Shown one piece after another: positions 15,455-24,385 of a stretch of 64,000 nt of DNA. Made by a program: the position numbers and the translations under genes. Source of the DNA: a virus; IMG/VR virus record IMGVR_UViG_3300009506_000008, positions 37,021-101,020 of that record, one strand, 5' to 3'. How positions within the stretch are numbered: the first letter of the stretch is position 1; the number at the start of each line of letters is the position of its first letter. The notes beneath the pieces were generated by a model. It saw only the letters and a list, made by a program, of their open reading frames with translations, did no database searches and was not told the origin of the DNA.

Positions 15455-17024
15455 CACCAGGCAGATCGACACCACTCATAAGGAATATGAGAAGTATTCC
15501 TCTGATTGGCAACTATATCATGATTCCTATCACGGGGAGGGAGGATTCGCCGACGGGACGTATTTGGTGGCGCATCCTTTGGAATTGGATGACAACGGCA
15601 CCGAGTCGGCGTCGTTCAAGAAGAGGAAGGAGGTTGCCTGGTACCTCAACTTCCCGGCTTTCATCATCGACGCCAAACACGCTCATCTTTTCAAGCGGCC
15701 CATCGTTCGTTCAACGAAGAACAAGGAACTTCAAGCCTTCCTAGAGAACTGCGACGGGAAAGGAACCAAGTACGGGGACTTTCTCGACGACATCCAACAG
15801 GATGCCCAAGTCTTCGGTCATATGTTCATCTTTATGGACAGACCGATGGCCCCGGAACTCAAGAACAGACCCGTAGTGACGAAGGCTGACGAGATGGCTG
15901 CGGGGCTTCGTCCCTATGTGTACGCTTGCACCCCTCAAGAGGTTATTGACTGGGCTGTTGACCGCCGCGGAAACTTTGAGTGGATCAAAGTGCGTGAAGT
16001 CCATACCGTGTATGAGGGGTATGCGTTAGGCCAGACTAATCCGATGGCGAAGCGGGAAGAGAAGACCTACATCAGGATTTGGACTCGCGTTGAGACGATT
16101 CTGTTCGATGAGCAGGGTGGTCCGGTCCCCGGTTATCGAGATGCTCATAACTTGGGCATTGTTCCTTGCGTGGTCCTGTACAACAAGAAGGGGAAGAAGG
16201 GGGAATTGAGCGGTTCCTCGGAGATCAGCAAGATCGCTCCGGTCAACAAGCGGTTGTATAACGCTCTGAGCGAACTGGACGAATGGCTGCGAAATCAAGC
16301 CTTCTCCATCCTTACCATTCCTCTTATGCCCGAGGACGAAATACCGAAGGACGAAGACGGAAATCCACAGATTGGCGTTGCAACCAACCGTGCTCTAACC
16401 TATAACGGGGCTTCCCCTCGTGCTCCCGGCTTCATTAGTGCCGACGCTTCTCATGGAGAATCGTACGAGAAACGGATCGCGGCGTTGATTGAAGACATCC
16501 ACCGCCTCGCGCACATGAAGTTCAAGGGAGGAGTGGTACAATCGGGGACTTCCTGGGCATTCGATTGGGAGGAAGTGAACAATTCTCTCATGGGACAAGC
16601 GAATCTCTTGCGGGATGCTGATTCCAAGATTGTTCGTATTTGGATGAAATGGCAGGGAGTCAACACCGACAAGCTGGATTACCAAGCAGAGTACCCGGAG
16701 ACGTATTCCTTCAGCGATGAGGAAACGGAACTGGCGATGCTGCGCGATTTCAGTCTTACCGAGATGCCCTCGGTGGAATTCATGCGGGAGTTCTTCAAGA
16801 ACCGCATTCGCCGGATTCTGCCTAACCTGACAAAGGAACAGTTGCAGAAGATTGATAGCGAGATTGACTCCTGGGATGGTCCGGCGAAGGACGAAACCCC
16901 GGAGAGCAATTTCGACCGTTGGACACAAGGTCAAATTCAATCCGATCGCAACCGGACCATGAAGGGGGATGAAAAGCCTCCTACTGAAAGTTCAGGGAAG
17001 GACAATTCAGGTCAATCTATGTAG
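15444..17024 (+). CDS. Portal protein
   Basis: Position after terL, 526 aa, HNLGIVPCV and QSG motifs of SPP1-like portals. Confidence 0.9.
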   Translation: MADSTRQIDTTHKEYEKYSSDWQLYHDSYHGEGGFADGTYLVAHPLELDDNGTESASFKKRKEVAWYLNFPAFIIDAKHAHLFKRPIVRSTKNKELQAFLENCDGKGTKYGDFLDDIQQDAQVFGHMFIFMDRPMAPELKNRPVVTKADEMAAGLRPYVYACTPQEVIDWAVDRRGNFEWIKVREVHTVYEGYALGQTNPMAKREEKTYIRIWTRVETILFDEQGGPVPGYRDAHNLGIVPCVVLYNKKGKKGELSGSSEISKIAPVNKRLYNALSELDEWLRNQAFSILTIPLMPEDEIPKDEDGNPQIGVATNRALTYNGASPRAPGFISADASHGESYEKRIAALIEDIHRLAHMKFKGGVVQSGTSWAFDWEEVNNSLMGQANLLRDADSKIVRIWMKWQGVNTDKLDYQAEYPETYSFSDEETELAMLRDFSLTEMPSVEFMREFFKNRIRRILPNLTKEQLQKIDSEIDSWDGPAKDETPESNFDRWTQGQIQSDRNRTMKGDEKPPTESSGKDNSGQSM

Positions 17025-17033
17025 GAGGATGCC

Positions 17034-17330
17034 ATGGAACCTGCGGCTGAACCTGGAGCTGCCACTTTAGGCGCTCACGAAGAGAGGAAACGGAAACGAG
17101 CTCAACTGCGAAGAGTTGCAAAGATCATGGAAGAGAAGCGGAATAGGTACGATCAGATCCTTTTGGGTTATCAAAAGGGGACCGGTTTGGTTTATGTGGA
17201 AGTGAAGGGGCATGACGATCCCAAGAGTAGCGTCATGTGGAAAGAGGGTGAGCGCCTGCCCCGCAAGTTCCGCATTCATCTCATAAAACAGATGTTCAGG
17301 ATCATCTTCGGAAAAGGCAGCATCGGCTAG
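17034..17330 (+). CDS. Hypothetical protein (98 aa)
   Basis: SD AGGAGG. Confidence 0.7.
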   Translation: MEPAAEPGAATLGAHEERKRKRAQLRRVAKIMEEKRNRYDQILLGYQKGTGLVYVEVKGHDDPKSSVMWKEGERLPRKFRIHLIKQMFRIIFGKGSIG

Positions 17331-18581
17331 ATGGCCTTCATTGCCAAGCTGGAGCTAGATCCCAGGGAACAGATTGCGAAGTCCATCCGCGAGTCGGATC
17401 GGACGATCCGGTCTATTCTGAATGAACTGGCTGCGGCAACTACTACCTTGGTAGTAGGTGAAAAGAACATTGGTAAGATCGAAAAGGCGATAGCAAAGGC
17501 TTTCGACACTATCGTGGAAGCGGAATCATCCCTGTTGGAGGCGGGCATCGCCACCGCTATCGAGGAAGTCAACTCTATGTATGTGAGGGAGTTAGTGGCA
17601 ACGTTCCCCCTGCCAGACCTCCTTTCTGTCAAGATCGAACTCCAGCGCCCGAACGTAGAAGCGGCAGCGTGGTTTCAAGAGATGCGTGCTGTCCAGATTC
17701 AAGGGGGAAATGAAGCAGTGTTCTCCCTTAGTCAGAAGATATGGCAATTTGGGCAGGAATCGCGGGAAGCTCTGTTAACCAGACTTCGCAACATCATCCA
17801 CGACGGGACCGCCGCTCAGACTGCTGCTGAACAGATAGCGGCTCTGACAGAGATCACTCCCATCACAAACATCTACATAGAGGACCTCAAGCGCACCATT
17901 GCACGGTTGCACGGAGAACTGTCTACTCAAACTCGGGCTTCCATCCGAAATATAATCAAGGAGTACACTGCCTATGCTCAACGTCAACTTGCCTCGGGGG
18001 CCGCCCAGGTCCTCAGAATACCTACGCAGAAGTTGGTGGAGGAGGTGTCCAAAGCAACCACCGTAGAGGCTGTTCAATCTGCAATTGACAGGTGGATGCG
18101 AGAGAAAGCCCTATATCATGCCAGAACGCTAGCGCGGACAGAACTTAACCGGGCGTTCAATGAGAACATGAGGAGGCGAGCGGAGAACTCACCGACCACG
18201 ATTGGTTGGAAGGTTAGCCTGTCGCCTTCCCATCCGCGCCCGGACATTTGTGATGACTTGGTAGGCGATTTCTACTTCAGGGACGGGTTCAAAGGGATGC
18301 GATTGCCTCCCTGGCACCCCAACTGTATGTGTATCGCCCAGCCTATAATCGACACCGGCTACTTCAAGAGGATGCAGAAGCAACTTGAAACAGGGCGAGT
18401 GACTCTGGATGAGTTCACGGCAGAGGTTCTGGGGGAGAACGTAACTAAAGCAGCACTTCGCCAGGCTTTGTCGGTCAAAACACTCATTCCCCGTCATGTG
18501 TTGAAGAACTTGCCGAAGTCGCAACTTGTAAAGTTCCTCACGATGTCGGACGAAGAGATACGAGCCTTTGTGGGACGGTAG
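17331..18581 (+). CDS. Head morphogenesis / minor capsid protein (SPP1 gp7 / Mu gpF-like)
   Basis: LARTE, ICDDL and PPWHPNCMC motifs. Confidence 0.88.
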   Translation: MAFIAKLELDPREQIAKSIRESDRTIRSILNELAAATTTLVVGEKNIGKIEKAIAKAFDTIVEAESSLLEAGIATAIEEVNSMYVRELVATFPLPDLLSVKIELQRPNVEAAAWFQEMRAVQIQGGNEAVFSLSQKIWQFGQESREALLTRLRNIIHDGTAAQTAAEQIAALTEITPITNIYIEDLKRTIARLHGELSTQTRASIRNIIKEYTAYAQRQLASGAAQVLRIPTQKLVEEVSKATTVEAVQSAIDRWMREKALYHARTLARTELNRAFNENMRRRAENSPTTIGWKVSLSPSHPRPDICDDLVGDFYFRDGFKGMRLPPWHPNCMCIAQPIIDTGYFKRMQKQLETGRVTLDEFTAEVLGENVTKAALRQALSVKTLIPRHVLKNLPKSQLVKFLTMSDEEIRAFVGR

Positions 18582-18593
18582 GCCACAAAACTC

Positions 18594-18622
18594 TTTACGC
18601 GGGGCTTGTGGTCGGTTATACT
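18594..18622 (+). promoter_or_regulatory. sigma70-type promoter for scaffold/capsid genes
   Basis: TTTACG-17 bp-TATACT. Confidence 0.7.
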
Positions 18623-18670
18623 AGCTGAGATCAAGTCCGGTGACGTGTCCGCCCACTGATCCGGCAAGGA

Positions 18671-18743
18671 AGGGCTAGATGCCCTGGTAAAAAGTGAATA
18701 GGGGGCTTGATGCTCCCGACTCCAAGAAGGGGTTAGAAACCCC
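18671..18743 (+). promoter_or_regulatory. Three tandem pentaloop hairpins in the scaffold 5' leader
   Basis: AGGGC-TAGAT-GCCCT, GGGGGC-TTGAT-GCTCCC, GGGGT-TAGAA-ACCCC, then AGGAGG. Confidence 0.7.
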
Positions 18744-18755
18744 AGGAGGAAAGTG

Positions 18756-19604
18756 ATGAAGAAGAAAATCGTCCGGTTCAAAGGCAAACGGCACAACCTG
18801 TACTTCAACGACGAGGGTCCTCAGCATCTCATTCCCCTCGACAAGGACGGGAAGGAAGTTCCCAACGTCAAGATCGAGGAGTTTGAGGAGTCGGACATCG
18901 AAGAACTCAAGATGTTCGATGAGGAGTACGTAGGCCAGCTGCGGGACGAGAACAAGAAGACCCGCGAGGCGCTGGAATCCCTTCAGAAGCAGTTTGAGGG
19001 GTTGGACCCGGAGCAACTTCAGGAAATGGCGAAGAAGCTCAAGGATGCCGAAGATGCCAAGGAGAAGGAGCGTCAGGAGGCGCTGAAGAAGGAAGGCAAG
19101 TGGCAGGAGCTCATGGATCAGCAAAAGGCTGACTTCGAGAAGCAGTTGGATGCTGAGAAGACCCGAGCCGACACCGCTGTCAGAGACTTGGAAAGTTATC
19201 GGGTTTCCACGGTGCTTCGAGACCATGTATCTGTGGTGGAGAACATCGTTCCCGGTGCTGTCTCTCAGGTCGTTGACCTTCTCAAGCGTTTCGTCGTCGT
19301 CCAGAAAGAGGGTACGTTCAAGATTCTGGACGACGACATGACCTCGACGCGACTGAAGCCGGACAGTGCGGACCCTGCAACGATCACCGATCTCGTCTCC
19401 GTCTTCATGGAGAAGAATCCTTGGTTTATCAAGGGTAGTGGAGCCGGGGCCGGGAGTGGCGGGGACGGAGGGGCTGGCGAAGGAGAAGTCAACCCCTGGA
19501 AGAAAGACACGTGGAATCTTACTCAGCAAGGGCAGATTACCAAGAACGATCCCAACAAAGCCAAGCGTATGAAGGTTGCGGCGGGAATGCGGGACGCTGC
19601 CTGA
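18756..19604 (+). CDS. Capsid scaffolding protein
   Basis: Coiled coil, Gly-rich linker, C-terminal NPWKKDTWNLTQQG; precedes the major capsid gene. Confidence 0.88.
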   Translation: MKKKIVRFKGKRHNLYFNDEGPQHLIPLDKDGKEVPNVKIEEFEESDIEELKMFDEEYVGQLRDENKKTREALESLQKQFEGLDPEQLQEMAKKLKDAEDAKEKERQEALKKEGKWQELMDQQKADFEKQLDAEKTRADTAVRDLESYRVSTVLRDHVSVVENIVPGAVSQVVDLLKRFVVVQKEGTFKILDDDMTSTRLKPDSADPATITDLVSVFMEKNPWFIKGSGAGAGSGGDGGAGEGEVNPWKKDTWNLTQQGQITKNDPNKAKRMKVAAGMRDAA

Positions 19605-19631
19605 GCACAACCGATTAGGAGGTAGTCAAGA

Positions 19632-20681
19632 ATGGCCGCTACCAAGATTGCGGACGTCATCGAACCTTCGGTGTTCAATCCGTACGTGATTGAGCGCACC
19701 GCTGAGCTGTCCGCTCTGTGGACCTCCGGGGTCGTATCCACGAACCCCGAGATCCAGGCCAGAGTGAACGGCGGCTCTCGACTCATCAACATGCCCTTCT
19801 GGACGGACCTGACCGGCGACGATGAAGTGTTGGCGGACGATACGGCACTGACGCCCGGTGCCATCGGAACCGACATGGATGTCGCCTGCAAGCACTTCAG
19901 AGGAAAAGCCTGGGGCGTGAACGACCTTGCCAAATCCCTCTCGGGGGATGACCCGATGGGCGCCATTGCGGATCTGGTTGCTGCGTATTGGGCCCGTCGG
20001 ATGCAGGTGATGCTGATCAACACTCTCGCCGGTGTGTTCGCTGACAACATTGCGAACGATGCCGGTGACATGGTGAAAGACATTCACGAAGCGGATGTTG
20101 ACACCGACGGTGCCAAGCTGATCGGTGCGGACAGCATCATCGACACTCTCGGTACAATGGGTGACGCGTGGGAGAAGCTGGCTGCGATCATGATGCACTC
20201 GGTTCCCTTCCGAACCCTTCAAAAGGCCGACCTGATCACTTACGAAGAGATTGCTGCTGCTGACGTGAGTGGCACTGCTTCCATCGTTGCCCAGTCCGCT
20301 GGGTACACCGGGGCATCCACGAAGTCGCTCAAGATCCCGTACTACCTCGGGAAGCGGATCATCGTTGATGACGGGTGTCCCGCTGTTGCTGCCGCCACCT
20401 CCGGTATGAAGTACACCTCGTACTTCTTTGGTGCTGGGGCTGTCGGTTGGGCGGACGCTGCGCTTGACGAGGCTACCGAGACTGACCGGGACAAGCTGGC
20501 TGGGGAGGACTACCTCATCCATCGTCGGCACTACATTCTCCATCCGCGTGGGATCAAGTGGCTGGATGACACCAAGGCTGGTGTTGGTCCGACGAATGCC
20601 GAGTGCGCCCTCGCTGCCAACTGGAACCGTGTGTATGAGCGGAAGAACATCAGGATTGCCGCTCTGATCACCAACGGCTAA
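19632..20681 (+). CDS. Major capsid protein
   Basis: TKIADVIEPSVF...INMPFWTDL...GDDPM...HPRG...NWNRVYERKNI pattern; strong codon bias. Confidence 0.95.
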   Translation: MAATKIADVIEPSVFNPYVIERTAELSALWTSGVVSTNPEIQARVNGGSRLINMPFWTDLTGDDEVLADDTALTPGAIGTDMDVACKHFRGKAWGVNDLAKSLSGDDPMGAIADLVAAYWARRMQVMLINTLAGVFADNIANDAGDMVKDIHEADVDTDGAKLIGADSIIDTLGTMGDAWEKLAAIMMHSVPFRTLQKADLITYEEIAAADVSGTASIVAQSAGYTGASTKSLKIPYYLGKRIIVDDGCPAVAAATSGMKYTSYFFGAGAVGWADAALDEATETDRDKLAGEDYLIHRRHYILHPRGIKWLDDTKAGVGPTNAECALAANWNRVYERKNIRIAALITNG

Positions 20682-20690
20682 AGAGAGTGT

Positions 20691-20717
20691 TGAAGGGGGA
20701 GACTTTCTCCCCCTTCA
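20691..20717 (+). terminator. 12-bp hairpin after the major capsid gene (terminator or stabiliser; no long U tract)
   Basis: TGAAGGGGGAGA-CTT-TCTCCCCCTTCA. Confidence 0.6.
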
Positions 20718-20738
20718 CACTTCAAGGGAGGTCCGCAC

Positions 20739-21029
20739 ATGAAGATTTATGTAACACAGGAACTCCAGGCCGATGCAACGTTGATCAAGCGATCCGATGG
20801 AATTCCCACAATTCACGCCGCTGCCGAAGACGATGGCGTCGCCGTGAAGATCCACGTTGACGGTGTCGGTGTTCTCGTCTTGACGTGCTTGGTGAACGCG
20901 ACTGCTGACGGTGTCAATTACGCGGCAACAATGGTTCCGTACACCGGAGTTGGAGGAGATTCCATCACTCCAGTCGGTGATACGGGGGCCGCTCCGGGCG
21001 TGACCGGCGCCATCGGTTCAACAACATAA
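20739..21029 (+). CDS. Small virion protein, possible capsid decoration
   Basis: SD GGGAGG; beta-rich; follows the capsid gene. Confidence 0.7.
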   Translation: MKIYVTQELQADATLIKRSDGIPTIHAAAEDDGVAVKIHVDGVGVLVLTCLVNATADGVNYAATMVPYTGVGGDSITPVGDTGAAPGVTGAIGSTT

Positions 21030-21100
21030 CCTGCAAACATCGAGTCAGGGCGGGGAGGGACGGGTTCCCTCCCCCGTTCCTCCATCCGAGGAGGTTGAGT

Positions 21101-21430
21101 ATGAGTGCAACCGGTTTTCAGAGAGTGCGCAGACTCCAGGCCCTTCGCAAGGAAATTGCGGCTTTGGAGGGAAAGAAGGGGGACGAAGTCCAGGTGCGGG
21201 CGGATGAACTCAAGCCCGTCGGGGAGTTCAAGTTGAAGGGGATGCTTGAGGAACTCAAGAGCAAGACGGCTCAAGCGGCTCAGTCGCGCAGTGTTCCTCG
21301 CTATCCTGCCAAAGCCCCGGAACCGGAAGCCAAGGTTGCGGAAGCCAAGGTTGCGGACGCCCCAGAGGCAAAGCCCGACGAACCAGTGACCGACGAAGAG
21401 AGCACCAGAAGGTCCCGGCGCACGAAGTAA
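21101..21430 (+). CDS. Hypothetical head-associated protein
   Basis: SD GAGGAGG; MSATGFQRVRR start, low-complexity tail with duplicated EAKVA. Confidence 0.75.
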   Translation: MSATGFQRVRRLQALRKEIAALEGKKGDEVQVRADELKPVGEFKLKGMLEELKSKTAQAAQSRSVPRYPAKAPEPEAKVAEAKVADAPEAKPDEPVTDEESTRRSRRTK

Positions 21431-21433
21431 CCC

Positions 21434-21982
21434 ATGGACATCAGCGGTAAGCTCGGGAGTCTGAACCTAGCAATTCCCCTAGCTCGGTTGTATGACCGAT
21501 TGGGGGATGTTTGGTTCAAGCTCTTGGTAGATACGGGGAAGGCAGCGGGAGAGCTTGTCGTTGGTGAAGCAAAGATGACGACTCTGTTTCAAGATAGTCA
21601 GCACCCGGAACGAGGAAGCGGCGGTCAACTGAGAGCGTCGATAACAACTCAGACCTACTCCTCCAGGCGACAAATCACAACGATAGTTTGGCCGGGTATG
21701 GAGTATGGTAGATACGTTCACGACGGGACAGTAGACACTTCCAAAATCGCCCCCAAGAAAGCCCGGCCAATGGGTCCGGGCGATCCTCGTTTTATCTTCC
21801 CCGTAAACACGCGAGCCCTGCGGTTCTTCATAGGTGGAGAGGAAGTATTCGCCGCTTGGGCGCGAAAAGGAAGGCGCAAGGCTCGTCCGTTCCTGTACGA
21901 TGCGTTGGGAAAGAAGCAGAAGGAAATCACAACGATGTTTGCTGATACAGTAAGTCTGTTGATGCAAATAGCAGGAAGGTAG
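21434..21982 (+). CDS. HK97 gp10-like neck/tail completion protein
   Basis: GQLRASI, EYGRYVHDGT and KARPFLYDAL motifs. Confidence 0.8.
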   Translation: MDISGKLGSLNLAIPLARLYDRLGDVWFKLLVDTGKAAGELVVGEAKMTTLFQDSQHPERGSGGQLRASITTQTYSSRRQITTIVWPGMEYGRYVHDGTVDTSKIAPKKARPMGPGDPRFIFPVNTRALRFFIGGEEVFAAWARKGRRKARPFLYDALGKKQKEITTMFADTVSLLMQIAGR

Positions 21983-21988
21983 GGGGTC

Positions 21989-22360
21989 ATGGCAAAAGTC
22001 TACTCGGAAACAGATGACGTCTTCGACCCTCTCATCCAAGGCATAACACAGGACGAGGACCACGAAGAGGCTGGCCGGGTAATCGAGAGGGAATTGAAGA
22101 AGCGGGGGATTGATCCCGCTCTCGTTACCTCGGAGGATGGCATCGAGTACCTGAGGCGTCTGTCAGTTCTGTACGCTTCACTGTATCGGTGTCGGCTGTC
22201 GATGTCGGATGAAGGGGATTCTTACCATGTGCGGGTTGTAGATCTCAAGGAGCAATGGCAGGACGCCCTGGACGAAATCACGTATGAGGGACTACTGGGA
22301 AAGATTCCCGATTCAACAGGCACGTCGCTGCTGGGATCGGTATCAGTCAAGCGAGGGTAA
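21989..22360 (+). CDS. Putative head-tail adaptor
   Basis: Small helical protein ending SVSVKRG; position in neck module. Confidence 0.65.
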   Translation: MAKVYSETDDVFDPLIQGITQDEDHEEAGRVIERELKKRGIDPALVTSEDGIEYLRRLSVLYASLYRCRLSMSDEGDSYHVRVVDLKEQWQDALDEITYEGLLGKIPDSTGTSLLGSVSVKRG

Positions 22361-22361
22361 A

Positions 22362-22787
22362 ATGCCACCTGCGGCAATCGTACATTGGAGCATGAAGGCC
22401 GGGAGAAGCGAAGACTTCACCCGGTTCCAGTTTCAACAGTACGACTACACTTGTCGTGCCTTCAACATTCCCTTAGTCCTAGTTGACGAGTTCGATTCGT
22501 TCGGGCTTGAAGTATTGAACGGTATCTTCCCTACCTTGGTCCAAGCAGTTTCCCTATTCCCTCGCCACATTCCTGTCTACATGGATAAAGAGGCTGAGCA
22601 CCGCCTCCAAGATGTAGAGTTGCCTGAACAGAGTGTGTTCATTGTCGGCCCTGATTTCGGAAGTATGGAAGATAAACCGGAACACGCTTTCAGAATCAGA
22701 GTTGATTATCCTCGCATGGAGCAGGAACTGTGGTCTTGCAGTGTGTTGGCGATCTGTTTATTTGAGTGGAGTCGCCAATGGCCGTAG
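22362..22787 (+). CDS. Divergent SPOUT (TrmL/SpoU-like) methyltransferase-fold protein
   Basis: SVFIVGPDFGSM...RIRVDYP...ELWSCSVLAICLFEWSRQ aligns by eye with TrmL LMFGPETRGL...IRIPM...SMNLSNAVSVVVYEAWRQ; 141 aa. Confidence 0.72.
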   Translation: MPPAAIVHWSMKAGRSEDFTRFQFQQYDYTCRAFNIPLVLVDEFDSFGLEVLNGIFPTLVQAVSLFPRHIPVYMDKEAEHRLQDVELPEQSVFIVGPDFGSMEDKPEHAFRIRVDYPRMEQELWSCSVLAICLFEWSRQWP

Positions 22788-24370
22788 CAACTAATCTGAC
22801 CACCGTCGATTCCTGCGAGGGGATCACTGGATGGAGCGCTCATAACATTTCAGGTGCCGTAGGCACATTGGGTGCCATCCAAGCTAGCGATGAAGAAGCC
22901 CCTCCCGTTGAGGGAACTTACTGTCTCTCGTATGATATTGACATAGAAAACGGGGGATATGTTTACGAGGTCAATGCTAGCGGGGAGGATTGGTCTGCCC
23001 AGACTGCCTACATTTGGTTGCTGTGCATGACGGCAGCATCTCTCCAGGTGCTGACTCCGGGTAGCGGACAAAGCGGAGTTTACTTCATAGCCATAGATAC
23101 CAGCGGAAACGCTGGTTACTGGCATGTAGGGGGTTCAGACACATACAGTGGCGGATGGAAGTGTTTCACTTGCTACTTTGGGAACACCCCGGATACCAAT
23201 AACGGTACCAATCCCACGATGTCTTCTATTCGATATGTTGGGATAGGTACGAACCACCTTTCCAAGTCTAAAGCCACTCATAACGTCTTCTTCGATTTCT
23301 TCAGAAAGGGAAATGGAGGAATCACGGTTACTGGAGGATCTTCTGGTACTCCGTTGACGTGGGACGACATTGTATCGGGTGACGCGAGTATCGCGGCGGG
23401 CATCATCCGAAAGCAGGGAGGTGTTTACTTCGTCCAAGGTCAGATTGTCTTCGGCGATGGTACCGGATCGACTGACACATATTTCGATGACGAAGGTCAG
23501 ACCATCGTGTTCGAGGGCAACGAGCACGTGGCCAATGATACCTATGGTTTGCAAGTCGTAGAGAACGGGGCAAGCAACCTAACCAGCTTCGTCATAGGAA
23601 ACAAGACGGGTGGACAGGGGTTGCAGGGGGGCTCGATCCTCGGGGCTTTGCCGTGGGACTTCGATGCCAGTGACGAGGACATTACCAAACTTCTCATCTA
23701 TGGAGCGGTCCTTCAGAACTTCAGGACGTTCGATCTGCCGTCCAATGCTACCGACCGCGAAGTCTTAGGATGCAATTTTCTGGACGGTGGCGAGATTACA
23801 CCCAACACTATCGTTTTCCAATACTGCAATGTCATCAATGCAGACGCTAGGGGACTGAAGCTGGAGAGTACCAGTCACAATATGTCGTATTGCAACTTCA
23901 TCTCCAATCCTCACAGCATTCACATAGACACGGCAGGCACGTACACCATTAGCGGGTGCAAGTTCTTTGGATCTGACGGTTCGTCTACGTATGATTTGGA
24001 GAATAGCAGTACGGGCGCGGTTACAATCAGTGCGACAAATGACTCCGACATAGCTGACTATGAAAATACTGGAGGAGGGTCGGTAACAATTCAGAATCAG
24101 AAGTCGCTCACTATCGGGACAACATCCAATCCGTTGGTGGCGAACAGTGAGGTGAGGATCTATCGTACGAGTGACGATGCTGTGTTGGATGGGGTGGAAA
24201 ATAGTGGAACCACGTTTGCGTACAGTTACAATTACACCGGTGATACTGACGTGTACGTTCACATCATTCACCCGTCCTATGTGTGGGAACGACTAGACTT
24301 GACGTTACTAAGCACCAACCAAGCGGTTCCGGTCAAACAACGGCCAGACCGGATGTATTCTAACCCGTGA
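22778..24370 (+). CDS. Virion-associated protein: N-terminal beta-sandwich, beta-helix, C-terminal Ig-like domain ending DRMYSNP
   Basis: Repeated xxCNF/xxCKF beta-helix rungs; overlaps the SPOUT gene by 10 nt. Confidence 0.75.
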   Translation: MAVATNLTTVDSCEGITGWSAHNISGAVGTLGAIQASDEEAPPVEGTYCLSYDIDIENGGYVYEVNASGEDWSAQTAYIWLLCMTAASLQVLTPGSGQSGVYFIAIDTSGNAGYWHVGGSDTYSGGWKCFTCYFGNTPDTNNGTNPTMSSIRYVGIGTNHLSKSKATHNVFFDFFRKGNGGITVTGGSSGTPLTWDDIVSGDASIAAGIIRKQGGVYFVQGQIVFGDGTGSTDTYFDDEGQTIVFEGNEHVANDTYGLQVVENGASNLTSFVIGNKTGGQGLQGGSILGALPWDFDASDEDITKLLIYGAVLQNFRTFDLPSNATDREVLGCNFLDGGEITPNTIVFQYCNVINADARGLKLESTSHNMSYCNFISNPHSIHIDTAGTYTISGCKFFGSDGSSTYDLENSSTGAVTISATNDSDIADYENTGGGSVTIQNQKSLTIGTTSNPLVANSEVRIYRTSDDAVLDGVENSGTTFAYSYNYTGDTDVYVHIIHPSYVWERLDLTLLSTNQAVPVKQRPDRMYSNP

Positions 24371-24385
24371 TAGGAGGTACCAAGC

